64,000 bases of DNA from Octopus sinensis (GCF_006345805.1 NW_021833281.1:1-64000), one strand, 5' to 3'. Counted from the stretch's first letter, positions 24,622-40,182 are shown. Notes: generated by a model not told the origin, from the sequence alone. Translations and numbers: made by a program.

Positions 24622-26959
24622 GATAGATAGATAGATAGATAGATAGATAGCAACGCGCTCAGGAAATTTTGCCATTGTGTGAGATGAAGTATTGACATCT
24701 ATGTCCTGGCTTAAGTCTTATGTTTTATTATTTTCCGAAAATGTCTGCCACTGGCCATAACACGTTACAGTTTGCGGTTTGGTAGAATGTCAAGTTTCTG
24801 TATTAACAATTACATCGGCCTGCGAGCGCAAGAGGAAGCAGTTTCATTTGTATTATAAAAAACGTGACAAAGAATAGGAAAGCTATCAGAAATAACGCAA
24901 TTCACCTTTTAAACGTATGAGAAAGATGATAGCTGCTACTGCTGTTGTGTTAATGTCGTGTAACTGTTATATTTGCTGGAATAGCGTGGAATCTTAGACT
25001 GTTATTTATTATTGAGCTGGTTTCTTTCTTAATCTATTTGATCATAATTGATTGAATTTTCTTGTATCGTAGTGATCAAGTGCAATTATTCTGTATCACT
25101 TTAACCTGCATCCCGTAGTAGGATTTTGGTTCGGAAGTTCTAGAGTTTTGATGGGTGTGGAATCCACTCTTAGCCACTATTTTCCCCAGGTCAACTCCGA
25201 CCCAGATTAGTAGTACTTGCAAGGGTGATCTCAGCTAGGGGTTAGTTAGCAACTCCGCCGGGCAGATGGAGCTCGTTATTAGCCTGGTGGGGAGAGGGTA
25301 ACACATCTAGTGGGAAAATAAACCTAATTCCAAACCTCCGCTGCCTTGCGGCCATAAGTAGCCGTGGGCAAGATTTCAGGAATAAACTCGGAGGAAAAAT
25401 CAGGAGTCAGAGCGCTTGAAGTTGTTTGACGTTGTTTATAATCTGTTTTGGCAACTTTTGCGATGGCGTTGGTGGAATTTTACTAAGCTTATGCTGCTTC
25501 CTTTGGAACCATCAGTAACGCGAGGAAGAAGATGCGCCTTAGGAGCAACAACCTTTTCTCCGTACTATATTGGCCAGGCTTTGGTCCTATCGAAAGGCCT
25601 TTATTAGAGAGACTGAACGCAGCAGAAAAAAGGCGGTTCCACAGAGAAGACAACAAACAGTACGGAAACAGCCCCACAAGTGCGGCTTGTGTGGCAGAGA
25701 TTGTCATTCATGCACATGACTGTTCCCCCGCAGTGACAATGATGTTCCAATGGGGCAGACAACTAAGTACTTTATTCATGGTCCATATTGACAAATGGAG
25801 ATTGTATTCTGCATGTAGATCCAAGTGGCAGAGCTCTCTCTTGTGGAGTTCATATTACATACATTTATCGTGTTCAAACCCTGCTAAGTTACAATTCTGC
25901 TGCCCTTATAGTCTTTTATCATCTCACATGAATATCATACATGATATATAACATTGATAGATTTGCAACACAATGACTATGATCCAACTTTATGTTCGGA
26001 AAATTCTTTAACCTCGATTAGGTGAAATCAACATCTGCGTGCTTCTTTCATATGTCTTGTGGGACAGAACTATTAGTAAACAACTTAATATCCGCGACAA
26101 ATCCTATAAAAGACCTTGCGATCTGATTGGCAAAGATTGAACCACCCACATTTTTAAACCACTAGGTCATAGAGAATTTTGCCGAAGGAGTCCCTACCTG
26201 CTCGCTCAAAATACAGGAAATAGCAGTCAAATCTTCATTAAAATACACATCGCTGACTTAGAAAAAGATACATTGCATGATGTCTTTTTGGGGTTCCATT
26301 TACAATGAAAATAGGCCGAATAGTTGGCCTTGTCTAAAAGATAACTGTAATAACTAGGTCAAGTATGTGTTTGCTATTTCAGACCATTTTTTCCCGACAA
26401 CAAAGTCATCCGTTCTTCTCTAATGCTTAGTTCTATCTTCTCTCTACACGGAATTGCTTTATTTCGATTCTTCTCTGTTCTCCAGAATTTTAACATTCTG
26501 GAACTAATTCTTGTTCTCAATGTTCCTTTGTAGCATCGACCTACAGATGTTCGAACATAATTTCAAGCAAACCAACTGCATCAATTTGGAGTGGGGTCAC
26601 GAAGAGGTCAGGACCACTAACTTTTCTCTTTTGACTAATTTACACATGAAAAATGCATGAGAATCCGTAAAACCAGTAGCCTTGAAACTGACATATAATA
26701 GGCCCCACACAGATATTTTGTTCCCTCCATTCACTGTTCATTTTTCTACTATAGGCACAAGGCCTGAAATTTTATTGGATGGAGCTAGTCGATTGCATCG
26801 AGCCTAGTAATTGACTGGCACTTATTTTATCAGCCTTAAAGTGGACCTCGGCGGATTTGACTCAATACGTAAAGCCGAAAGAAATGCCGCTAGCTCAGCG
26901 TGCTAACGATTCTACCAGTTCATCGCCTTTCCATCGTCTGGTAATAAGAAGACAACATA

Positions 26960-27525
26960 GGCGGCGAGCTGGTACGCCGGGCGAAATGCTTTGTGGTATT
27001 TCGTCCGCCGCTGCGTTCTGAGTTCAAATTTCGCCGAGGTCGACTTTACCTTTCATCCTTTCGGGGTCGATAAATTAAGTACCAGTGACGCGCTAGGGTC
27101 GATGTAATCGACTTAATCTGTTTGTCTGTACTTGTCTATCCCCTCTATGTTTAGCCCCTTGTGGGTAGTAAAGAAATAGGTATTTCGTCTGCCGTTACGT
27201 TGTGAGTTCAAATTCCGCCGAGGTCCACTTTGTCTTTCATCATTTCAGGGTCAATTAAATAAGTACCAGTTACGCACTGGGGTCGATATAATCGACTTAA
27301 TCCGTCTGTCTGTCCTTGTTTGTCCTCTGAGTTTAGCCCTTTGTGGGTAGTAAAGAAATAGGTATTTCGTCTGGCGTTACGTTGTGAGTTCAAATTCTGC
27401 CGAGGTCAACTTTGCCTTTCTTCCTTTCGGGGTTGATAAATTAAATACCAGTTGCATACTGTGGTCGAACTAATCGACTGGCCCCCTCCCTCAAAATTTT
27501 GGGCCTTGTGCCATGAGTAGAAAAG
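26960..27525 (+). mobile_element. Trimeric tandem array of a tRNA-derived SINE (GGCGGCGAGCTGG head) with one TSD
   Basis: Units restart at GGTATTTCGTC (26995, 27179, 27361; period ~183). A perfect 16-bp direct repeat AATAAGAAGACAACAT flanks the array at 26943-26958 and 27526-27541. Confidence 0.9.
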
Positions 27526-27981
27526 AATAAGAAGACAACATGCAGTTGGCTTCCATATTTCTTTTCCTTCGCCATAGATTTAGACAAATTTGAAAAGTTT
27601 CTAACCATTATAGTTGGCAATTTGTTAACCTTCGTTTCAACCACAGCGGTTCTCGTACGAGAAACGCTGCATTAAATCGTCTGCGATCCTCTTACTTCAA
27701 AAAATTATCCTTGTGCCAAAGATAGAAATCAATCTTCCACACACATCAATACACACAGAGGCAGGCGCACGCGTCCATGAACTCATGTTCGTTTGCTTGC
27801 CTTCATTCTACATAATACATATGATAAATGTATATTAGTAAATGCCGAGTTTTTGTTTTACTATTATAAATTTTCCGTGAAAATCACGACTTTATGGTTA
27901 TGCCCTTCAGCGTAACTCCTGGCACAAGTTATGGTGACATCATAACAATATCGTAACTGCATCAAAATATATTTTACCTAT

Positions 27982-28256
<275 letters not shown>

Positions 28257-28429
28257 TCCATGTGATGATATTTATATAGGTATGAATATAAACTCTTCTA
28301 TGCATGAGTACACACGCATGTACACACGCACGCACGAACAAACACCCACCCACGCAAACACAAACACGCTCGCGCGAGGGTCTTACCGAAAGTAGCACAC
28401 ACGTTGGTACAGTATGTATGACGTTTTCA

Positions 28430-28650
28430 TTAACTGATGGCGGTCTTCCAAATCAGGCATATCGATAGAGTAAGTCTTCGAGTTCTTCATTGCAGGCACA
28501 TGATCAGTTTCAAGCAGAAACAACCTGCTGTTATTGAGTTCTTGATGAAGAGGAGCAGACTATTGTCGGACATCCACAAAAGGCTACATGTTTTTTACGA
28601 AGATGTTCCTATTAACAAAAACAGTATGCACAAATTGATGATAAGATGAA
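28430..28650 (+). mobile_element. Mariner transposase N-terminal remnant
   Basis: AVIEFLMK...SDIHKRL..FYED resembles the mariner HTH region. Another fragment (YRKxCAKWVP-like) lies at ~30100-30200. Confidence 0.55.
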
Positions 28651-29277
28651 CGTTAGTACGCCGGGCGAAATGCTTAGCGGTATTACGTCTGGCAGAAACG
28701 TTAGCACACCGGACGAAATGCTTAGCGGTATTTCGTCTGCCGTTACGTTGTGAGTTCAAATTCCGCCGAGGTCGACTTTGCCTTTCATCCTTTCGGGGTC
28801 GATTAAATAAGTACCAGTTGCACACTGGGGTCGATGTAATCGACTTAATCCGTTTGTCTGTCCTTGTTTGTCCCTTCTGTGTTTAGCCCCTTGTGGGTAG
28901 TAAAGAAATAGGTATTACGTCTGTCGTTACGTTCTGAGTTCAAATTCCGCCGAGGTCGACTTTGCCTTTTATCCTTTCGGGGTCGATAAATTAAGTACCA
29001 GTTACGCACTGGGGTCGATATATCGACTTAATCCGTTTGTCTGTCCTTGTTTGTCCCTTCTGTGTTTAGCCCCTTGTGGGTAGTAAAGAAATAGGTATTA
29101 CGTCTGTCGTTACGTTCTGAGTTCAAATTCCGCCGAGGTCGACTTTGCCTTTTATCCTTTCGGGGTCGATAAATTAAGTACCAGTTACGCACTGGGGTCG
29201 ATATATCGACTTAATCCGTTTGTCTGTCCTTGTTTGTCCCCTCTATGTTTAGCCCCTTCTAGGTAATAAAGAAATAG
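28651..29277 (+). mobile_element. Tandem array (~3.3 units) of the same SINE family
   Basis: Units restart at GGTATT(T/A)CGTC at ~28727, 28911 and 29094; the last two are nearly identical. TSD-like GATGATAA(A)GAT at 28637 and 29277. Confidence 0.9.
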
Positions 29278-29604
29278 ATGATAAAGATACTTCCTGAACC
29301 CTGTAGACTTATAGGGTCGGTTTCCTGGTTTCCATGGCATTTATTTTGCCCCCTGGACCAGACGCCGGTTTGTCACAGGATTACTCATTTTTGCCAGCTA
29401 AGTGGACTGGAGCAACATGAAATGAGGCGTTTCGCTCAAGAACACAAAACGTCACCCGGTCCAAGAATCGAAATCACAATCTTACGATCATGAGTCCAAC
29501 ACTCTAACTACTAAGCCACGTACCTCCACACAGATGGATGATGCTGTTTGAGGAAGGGAAAAACAGCATCAAAATCAAACCATGCTGCAGTAGATCATAA
29601 GCAG

Positions 29605-29985
29605 TGGAGGCGCAATGGCCCAGTGGTTAGGGCAGCGGACTCGCGGTCGTAGGATCGCGGTTTCGATTCCCAGACCGAACATTGTGAGTGTTTATTGAGC
29701 GAAAACACCTAAAGCTTCACAAGGCTCCTGCAGGGGGTGGTGGTGAACCCTGCTGTACTTTCACCACAACTTTCTCTCACTCTTTCTTCCTGTTTCTGTT
29801 GTACCTGTACTTCAAAGGGCCAGCCTTGTCACACTCTGTGTCACGCTGAATCGCCTCGAGAACTACGTTAATGGTACACGGGTCTGTGGAATGCTCAGCC
29901 ACTTGCACGTTAATTCCATGAGCAAGCTGTTCCTTTGATCGTATCAGCTGGGACCCTCATCGTCGTAACCGATGGAGTGCTCCTA
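29605..29985 (+). mobile_element. tRNA-derived SINE (GGAGGCGCAATGGCCCAGTGG head)
   Basis: Box A TGGCCCAGTGG and box B GGTTTCGATTCCC. A reverse-oriented relative lies at 40940-41190, and a SINE of another family at 29300-29530 (-). Confidence 0.8.
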
Positions 29986-30229
29986 ATAAAAGATCATAAG
30001 CTGTAATTACTGACATGAATCGCCAGCGAGTGAAAGTAGTGATTTACGAGGAGAGACGAATTACAATCAGTGAGCATATTGCACAACTGGACAATAGTCA
30101 CTATGCATTACAGAAGATAGCGGAATTTTAGATATCGAAAAATGCGTGCAAAGTGGGTACCTCGGTAGTCAACACTGTAACTGAAAGAGAGAAGGGTGGA
30201 AGAACTGTTCTGATCTGATCGATGCGTTT

Positions 30230-31800
30230 CTTCACTTTTTGGAAGTAGGAATTTTACACCATTAACTAGCCAAGAGGAAATCACACTAGGTTGTTGCAAA
30301 ACATTGTTGTAAAGTTTTATCAGCAGTTCATGGCTCTCTGGGAAGGCATTCAACCAGAAGTTAGGAATTTTATCCTTTCCTGAGACTTCCATTTGCTTGA
30401 CTTCCTGAGAGCAGATCTTACATCTTGTACCTTGATACCCTCCCATTTTTGCTCTTCCAAGGAATTTAAGTCTGTAAATATCCTATCAATCCAAGGAGCC
30501 TTTTCATTGTTTGCTTTTTCTTCCTGTAAAATTTTACAGACTCTACTGTAACTGGTATTTTCCCTATCTTCCTGTAAAAAGTTTTGGACATGCCATTGCC
30601 TTTCAAGAATCTAACACATTTTTCATACCTTGCTATGCGGGCAATTTTAGCACATACCTTTTGCTTGATGGTTTCTATTTTGGTATCAACGTCAAATATG
30701 GTTTTCATATATTTTTTCTTGGGTTTCTGTAGGTTTGATAGTCTTGTCACACTTAAGGTTTTTAAAACATTCTACGCCAGACCTAAGTAGGTGAATTTGG
30801 TGTTGAATAGTCTCTTGCCAAGAAAGCTTTATGTGGAAATTTTGTCGTTTTCTTATCTTTTCAGCACGTAGAATCGTCGAGATTTTCGCGGATGCCTTAT
30901 TCAGGTGGTTGAGATCTGTAATATCAACATCATTAGCTGAAATTATATCCTTGAGTGCAAGGCGGATTTAAAAAATTATTTTCAGGTTTTGGTTAGAATT
31001 ACGAATTTTTGGGAGAGTGTCGTGTTCATTCATACTGGTTTCTTTAATTTTTAGCCATTCAATCATGATTTATTTTTTAGATCATGTACTTCTGTTGGGT
31101 CAATTTCTGTGTAACTTTCTTCATCTATTTGATTTTCATCTGCCTTAGTATTTATGGTTGTTTCAGAGAGTATTTCACTTTTCCTATCAGTTACATTAAC
31201 TCTTTCCAATCATTATTGCATTTTTATCAACCTTGGGCTGGTCAATAATTATTTCCTCTGTAGTACTTCTTTAGCTGCAGCTTCGTTCCTTTTATCTCTT
31301 ACTGATTGTTTCATTTGGTCAGTCTCTAATCCAATTAATAATTTCTTTTTCATAATGTTTCTTCTGACGTTGGCAAGTTTGTTACTGTCAATGTAGGGTC
31401 TTACTTCAATGTGTTTCTGTCTCTAGTTTAAGTAGGTTTGTACAGTATTAGATTTATTTGTGAGGAAATATATGGCATGGTAGAAGGCCTTCAGAACTTC
31501 TTTATTATCTCCCCTAGACCTTTTTTCACTCTTTTTCTTTTGGTTATTTGATGACGAGCATGCATGGCCATCTGTTGGAATATTCCAGTTGGGGAGTACT
31601 TCGAGCTCCTGGATTTCGGGAAGATTTGAACCAGTAGCTGATATTTCGTGTCAAATCTGGTTCATCATTCGACTACAAGGTTCTTTGTGCTCCGGTCGAC
31701 GACCAATCCGGTTTGTATTTTGCTTTGTTATCACTGAGGCATGACAAGCTAGGAAGTTGACATTAGGGGACAGATCTGCCTATTTAGGGTTAATTTTTTG
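30230..31800 (-). mobile_element. R4/Dong-like LINE N-terminal region up to the start of RT, decayed
   Basis: KQKVCAKIARIARY...KTFYRKIG and IPNFWLNAF...SWLVNG..FLLPK, collinear with the start of the 9710 copy. Confidence 0.65.
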
Positions 31801-32461
31801 CGCTAACACCGCCTCCGAGTTCTCTGAATGCAAACATTGCTCACAACGTAGCTTCTTAAGGCTAACAGATTTGTATTCGTCTGTATTTATTTTTGTTGAT
31901 AGATTTATCTCCGGACATAGTTTTTGTGGTGTTTTTAAACTTATGTATTGTTCACTCTGTCTGTGTTAGTTCGAAAAATAAAAGAATAGTCTTGTTTTTG
32001 TTTTTTCTTTGGTTTTTGCTTCGTTTGTGGCACGTGTTTTCATATGCGTGTATGTGTGTCCTGTAAATTTCACGTAGTTGTGTAAACACCGAGATGTATG
32101 TGTAGTGCTATGGGTATCAAAATGTGTATATGGTCGTGTAGACATGTGAGTGTATGTGTAATTACTCAATTTATGTACTTACTATTTTGTTCCATTCATA
32201 TTTTATAATTTGTAAACTTACCGGTGTTGATTTCGCGTGTGTGTTTCGCACATGTTTCACTGAGTCATCGTGCATAGGAGGAACTGTGGTTTGTATGGCA
32301 GTAAAATTTCGTTTTTGTGATTATTTTACTTAAAAGACCACTTCTTTCAAGTCTTCCACAGGTTCCTTTATGCCATTACATCGATGTTATTGGATTAGAT
32401 TTGTTTTTGAATGGGGAGCCCGGTATAGCACATCCATGTTGTTATTCAGCGCGGGGCTCTT

Positions 32462-32518
<57 letters not shown>

Positions 32519-32539
32519 TATTATTATTATTATTATTAT

Positions 32540-32860
32540 CATTATTATTATTATTCTATGTTCGACTTTTGCTTTATGTCTGTACAAGTTGGCTCCAAGT
32601 CTCACCCAGAGACCTCAAGAGACAACAGGTTAGAAGTTCTGTGCCATATATTTGGTTTTTTTTTTTTGGTGTTGTACTAGTGAATGTCTAATACATAAAA
32701 AAAAATAAACAAAAAAATTTAAATAAAAAAAAAAAAGAGTTTGTTTTAAACCTTGGGATTACATAGAGAGTATTTTGCGTAGGATATGAGCAGTTCCCAT
32801 GAGCACTATCTTTTGAATTTCTGCCATTTTGGGGTTTCCTGGTATCTGAGTTAGGTAGCA

Positions 32861-32922
<62 letters not shown>

Positions 32923-34340
32923 CACCGGTTCCCGATGTCTGATCAGGGGATCGCACTGAATCATTGTATCCCACAGGATTTTGCAATTCTCATTTTCCGT
33001 GACTCCTTCTGAGATTTGCTTATACCACGTCTTTGCTCTTTGTAGGTCGTGATTTCCACAGAGCTCCCAGTGGATCATTCTTGTCACATTATCATGTCGT
33101 GCTTTGTATTCGCGTTGTGTCAATTTTAGGTATTCGCTAGCGATGTGCTATACCGTTTCATCCCTCTCTGCGTTTGTCGCTGTCGATAGTGTTGTCTATT
33201 CTGCACTTCACATAGTTGGTCCTAAACGCTTGTTCTTGAGCTACGCTTATGGATGCTTCTATCCCTTTCTTCAGGTCACTGCTCCTCATCCATAGCCACT
33301 GGACCAACATATCTGTCTTAGCGTTCATGTCTCTTGCAAACTGATTGTACATTTTTTCTTTCTATGATTTTTCTTTTTTTGTGTTCATTTCTTGTATAAA
33401 TTTTTTCTTCATTACACAATTTTCAGTTTTGATGACGCCGGCCTTCGTATGTTTCAACAATGGCTGCACGGCCTTTTTATATACCACCCTAAGCTGTTTT
33501 CCTCTACTTCGATACAGTCCTGGCAACTGATCAGAGCTCTTCCACCTTTTCGTCCAGAAAAGTACAGCCTAGGGTGGAAGGCTCCGTGTACTCTCAATAT
33601 TTTCTGGTCTTCCTGGTCTTGGTATCCATTTTCATCACTTCTCTTTTTTGTCATTTTATAATTCCTGCTCCATATCGAAGTGATGCTACCACCGACGTAT
33701 TAGCTGCTTGGACTTTATTCCATCCAATCAATTTTGAGCGCAACACCAACCTCAGTCGTCGGAAATGGAGTATTTGTATCCTTCCGTTTCAATTTGTTTA
33801 ATCAAGTCTCTATTCGGTAATTCTACCCTTGCTAGGGCTTGTACCTTACCTCTTTTTCGGTAAATTATTCCGCACTTCTTGAGTCCAAATTCTATTCTAA
33901 TATCAATACTAAATCAGTGGACCGTATTCACCAAGGTACTCACTTCAGCCTGATCCTTGCCGTGCAGTTTCAAATCATCCATGAGGTGCTTGTTTGTTTG
34001 GGACTTTCCTTTTAGTTAGTACCCCAGGGTCATTTTCTTAAGTACCAAGATCAGAGGAATCATGCAGAGAACAAAAAGCAACGGAGATAAGCTATCACCC
34101 TAGAAAATACCTGTTGTAATACCCAGGGTGTCCAAGCTTTTCCCATAAGATGTCAGTTCAGTTTTCCACCTCACCATACTTCTCTTCAGGAAGCACGTTG
34201 CATTCCTCGCTGTTCCAAATAGATTTAAGTACTCGATGATCCACGCATGTGGAATCATATCACAAGTTTTGCGACAGTCAATCCAGGCCATTCCCAAATG
34301 TGTTTTTCTTCATTTACAATCTTGCATTAACAAAGCGATG
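32540..34340 (-). mobile_element. Two stacked R4/Dong-like LINE fragments separated by (TAA)n
   Basis: 32920-34340: GMAWIDCRKTCDMIPH, LKVHGAFHP, HDNVTRMIHWELC. 32540-32860: IPGNPKMAEIQKIVLMGTAHILRKILSM plus 3'UTR. TAA runs at 32460-32535 and 32860-32920. Confidence 0.85.
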
Positions 34341-34529
34341 AGCTGGCAGAATCTTTAGCGGTATTCGCCTGTTGCTACGTTCAGAGTTCAAATTCCACCG
34401 AGGTCGCCTTTGCCGTTCATCCTTTCGGGTCGATAAATTAAGTACCAGTAAAATTCTGGGGTCGATGTAATCGACTAGTCCCCTCCTCTAAAACTTCAGG
34501 CCTTGTGCATATATTTGAAAGGATTATTA

Positions 34530-34900
34530 CTTTTTTTTCTTCTTTCTTCAAATTTTCTTCCATTTCTCGCCGAGTGATTTCCGTACACCTAGGGCAGAGA
34601 AGCTCATTTTATGCATTCCCAGATTACACACGCTATTTCACAGGTAAAATATGTATTTAAAAAAATTATTAAAAAATAAATAAATTCATGAATGGATGTT
34701 GTTTTCACAGCGATAATGCTCTTCTCAGTACATGAGTCGTTCCAGTTAACACGCTTTTTTGCACTTCCTATAGGGATGGTAAGCCTGGTATCATTTTCAA
34801 ATAGGTTTCAGTACCGTTTTTATTATTCCTAGAGATCCTACAATCACTGGTGCTGTAGTCGCCTTGAGATGTCACATTTTTACAATTTCTATTAGCAAGT
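34530..34900 (-). mobile_element. R4/Dong-like LINE 3' end
   Basis: Minus-strand PVIVGSLGII...IPGLPS...VQKSVLTGTTHVLRRALS across frameshifts; starts at the GAA/TAA run at 34900-35130. Confidence 0.7.
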
Positions 34901-34948
34901 CTTCTTCTTCTTCTTCTTCTTCTTCTTCTTCTTCTTCTTCTTCTTCTT

Positions 34949-35009
<61 letters not shown>

Positions 35010-35063
35010 TTATTATTATTATTATTATTATTGTTATTATTATTATTATCATCATCATCATCA

Positions 35064-35114
<51 letters not shown>

Positions 35115-35618
35115 GTAGTAGTAGTAGTAGTATTGTTGTTGTTGTCGTTGATGTTCTAGCTTTAGGTTTTCATCTACAGTATTGGTTTCCTTTTCTGTTA
35201 AGTCTAAAATGTGAATAATTCCAACCAAACCAGTGAAAAGATTTTAAAAAGAAATCAGTATAAAATAAACAAAACAATGAAAATCCAAAGCAGGAAAACA
35301 ATCAAATATGAAATAAAATGAAAAATAATATTGAACGAGAGACAGATAGAAAGAAAGAGAAATGAATAAACGAACGAATGAAAATCTAAAATCTAAATAC
35401 GACGATTTGAGGAATTATAACATCCATTGTCAATCACTTCATTTCTTTCATTCTTTTTTTTTTCAATTCTGAGGTGATGAGGTGGGTGGCTATTAATTGT
35501 ATGCTTCTGCGAATTAAAACCTGAAGGTAAATCCATATCAGCGTCTCCCTATTTCAAAGAATCAGTTTAGAAATATTATTGTTTGTGATATAACAATTGT
35601 AATTGTTACTGTTCAATG

Positions 35619-35674
<56 letters not shown>

Positions 35675-37595
35675 CATACACACATATACAAATGCGTGAG
35701 TGTATATATATATATATATATTCACGCAAACACAACTTAAGAACGACATTTTATCGCGTTTTCATAATATACTAAATGGATTGTCTCTCTAGCTTTCTTG
35801 TTTCTTATTTCCTTTCATATTTTCTTTCTTTTTTCCCTCCTTTCTTTAACAATTAATTTCCTTCACTTCATGTCAATTTTAGGAGATAAAAATAAAAAAT
35901 AAAAAATAAAATTAAAGATAAAATAAAATGTCTACATACACAATAAGCAAACAATACACCTGCAAACACACACATACAATTGCACACCTACATATACATA
36001 CAGGCTGAGATTCATAGCCGCTCCTGTACACTCCTACACGTTCGAAATATCATAGCAACAAACCGAAAACTAATTTGGAAACTGAAAAATATATTCCATA
36101 TTATAAAGTTTTTAATGTATTTACTTTTAAAATTAACGGTTAGGCGATGAATTAAAAGGATAAAGCGTAGAAGAAAATACAAAACAACAGACAATTAAGA
36201 ACAATTTAGAACGTAGAAAACATATTAGTCATTCAAATACGCATAAAAAATTATTAGCTTCATTTAAGCATTTTTTTTATTTGGTGTCAAAATGTCTAAG
36301 CGAAGTTGAGATTTTGTGTGTTTTTAAATGTTTAATACGTATTTTCTTAGGTGGAATTGTTCATAATTATCTGTTGTGTCAGTGACCAGGTCGCGATTAG
36401 TGCGATGAAAAATTTTAATGCAAATAATAAATGTTTAAGTGAAGTCAACAGATTTTGTTAGCTTTTGAATGGCTACTAATGTGTACCTTCGTCGCAGTAA
36501 TTGTTTTACTATCACCGAATGGCCTCAGATCAAATCACTTGCCAATAAAGAACATCCTCCAAAAATAATTATGAAATTTCCTAATAACGATGATGATAAT
36601 AATAATAATAACGGTTTCAAATGTTGTCTCAAGGCTAGCAATTTTGGGGGCAGGAGTAAGTCGAATACATCGGCCTTAGTGCTCGACTGGCACTTATTTT
36701 ATCGATACCGAAAGGATGAAAGTTAAAGTCGACCTTGGCGGTATTGAACCTAGACCTAAAGACGAACGAAATGCTGCTAAGTATTTTGACTAGCGTGCTA
36801 ACGCTTCTGCCAGCTCGCCGCTCAAATAATGATGATAATAATAATTATTTCTAATTTTTGCCATAAGGGCAGCTGGGGGGAGGTTGGGAAGATATATAAA
36901 ACATTCCATGAATAAGCGGCAGACAGTGCTACAGCCCCAGACAAAAGAGGGACTCATAAAACCCAAAGCCATCCCCATTAGAAGAGGAATATTCCAAGGA
37001 GACACACTCTCTCCACTCCTTTTCTGCTTGGCACTGACACCTTTATCTGATATGCTAAACAGAACTGGATGTGGATACAACTGTCACGGTAAAACAATCA
37101 GCCATCTCTTATATATGGATGATATAAAACTGTACGCTACAAATGTTAAACAGCTGGAAACATTACTACAGGCAGTACATGGATTTACCAAAGAAATAAA
37201 TACGAAATTTGGCTTAGAAAAATGTGCCAAAGCAACCTTGAAAAGAGGAAAACTAGTTAATAGTAGCAACATTACACTAGATAAAGCAAATGAAATGAGA
37301 GAATTAGACCAAAGCCAGACATACAAATACTTAGGAATCAATGAACCAGATACGATACAACAGACACAAATGAAAGAGAAGATGGGAAAAGAATGCTATA
37401 GACGAATTAGATTAATATTGAAAACAGAGCTCAAAGCGAAAAAATAAGATAATAGGTATCAATACACTAGCCGCCCCAGTTATAAGTTACAGCTACAATA
37501 TTCTTAACTGGTCTCTATATTACCTAATCAGGGAAACAAGCAAAATAATGACAGGATTTAGGATGCACTATCCAAAATCTGATATAGAAAGGTTA

Positions 37596-38084
<489 letters not shown>

Positions 38085-39273
38085 ATAGAAGGGTTATATT
38101 AATACAACGTATCGAAGGTGGTAGATGCCTTATCCAGCTAGAAAACCATTACAAAATAGCCACCATATGTCTACAGCAAGGAAAACTAATACAAATAGGT
38201 ATAAAACATGAACAAAACAAAATAAAAAGTGTTGTCAGTCTTTAAGGAAACTGACAAATATATATAAAAAAAAGAAGTCATAGTACCTAACTACTATGAA
38301 GAAAAAGAAGAAACAACGAAAGCTGTAAAACAACTGAAATCCAAACTTAAACTGGAACAGCAACGGACCATAATAAAATGAATGCAAGAAAAGCCCCTTC
38401 ATAATAAATCATATTGTCTCTGGCTGCCCAGTCCTGGCTAAGGAATATATTCAGACACGACAGAGTTGGGACCTATATACACTATGCCAACACTATGGAA
38501 TAACAACAGAATACTGCATTATTTACCTTGAGAGGATCTCTTAGAAGGACTTGTAGTGCATATAAGCACTCGTATCCATATCATTGACGGACGAGAATCG
38601 TCTGCTACAACGATCGGAATTGCCAGATCATAATTCCACCCTGCTATCTGTTCCTCATTGAGAGATGTCCAGCAGCACGATAACAGCAGAAGCTCCCACC
38701 AACGTTATATAGAATCTCAGCGTCTATTCAGGCAATTAATAATAACAAAAACAGTATTAATACCCAAAAGGTCATCTTCGTTTCCAACTTAACGTGGAGG
38801 TTGTATTTATGCTCCAAAATGATGTTTGTCCCCTAAAGCAAGATATGGTACTTATTTCTTTACTACCCACAAGGGGCTAAACACAGAGGGACAAACAAGG
38901 ACAGACAAACGAATTAAGTCGATTACATCGACCCCAGTGCGTAACTGGTACTTATTTAATCAACCCCGAAAGGATGAAAGGCAAAGTCGACCTCGGCGGA
39001 ATTTGAACTCAGAATGTCGCGGCAGACGAAATACCGCTAGACATTTCGCACGGCGTGGTAACGATTCTGCCAGCTCGCCTCGAAGCAAGATATGGTACCT
39101 CCTTAGGCCGGAAATACTCTCCAAATTAAAAGCCATTGGTGTATTTGTTCTATGAAACTTATGTCTAAAGTCATCGAGCCACACTCATCACATAAGAAAA
39201 AAGTCGAAATATCAGCTGCAACTTAAGTAACAAACTTTTATGAATCGTTAACCACTTTATTATATCGTACAAA

Positions 39274-39334
<61 letters not shown>

Positions 39335-40135
39335 GTGAGAAAGAGAGACTATATCCTCAGTATTATCTAGTTGATATATGCATTGGGTAATATGCTGTCA
39401 TTTCTGCTTGCGAGAAAAACTGAGATTAAATTGCATAAACATGCAACGAGTCAGTTATGTGACATGCTCAGGTTACTATGTGTTATATCTGTCTAGACAG
39501 ACAAATAGATCAAAGCGAACTACCTAAATATCGTATTCAGAATGCTACAGCTGCTGATAATGATGCTGGTTCGATGGCAATTACCAACGTATATTTGCGG
39601 TTAAACTCTATGGCCATATTCCAAAGAACAAGTATTTTTTTGCCAATTGAATAGAAAGAAGGCAGAAAATGAGAGGAAGCCAAAGAATATCTGATCTTCT
39701 TTTGACAAATTTGTTATGAGATATTCTACGCGACAAGAAAGAAAGATGAACATAACTTTAATTATTTCGGGAAATCAAATGATGTGGTTGCCCATTCTGG
39801 AGTCACAAAATTTCTTAAGATGTTTAGTATTTAAACTTCTACTTGTTTCGGACATTGAACTGCTCCCATGCTGGGACACTGTCTTGAATGGTTTTATTCT
39901 TTTGTTTTAAAGTTTGTTACTCTATCGGTGTCTTAGGCTGAACCGCCAAGTAATAGGAACGTAAATAAACCAACACCCGTTGTCAAGTGGTGTGGGCTGG
40001 GAAGCAAAACATAGACATGAACAAACGCACACATACACACACAGACACACACACACACACACAATCACACACGCGCAGACACACACCCAGACACACACAC
40101 ACACACGCACGCACACGCACACACACGCACACACA

Positions 40136-40182
<47 letters not shown>

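Noticed and set aside
36002-36081. Minus-strand exon-like segment (tttttcag ... gtatgt)
   Set aside because: Stops in all three frames; at best a UTR exon, which cannot be supported from sequence alone.
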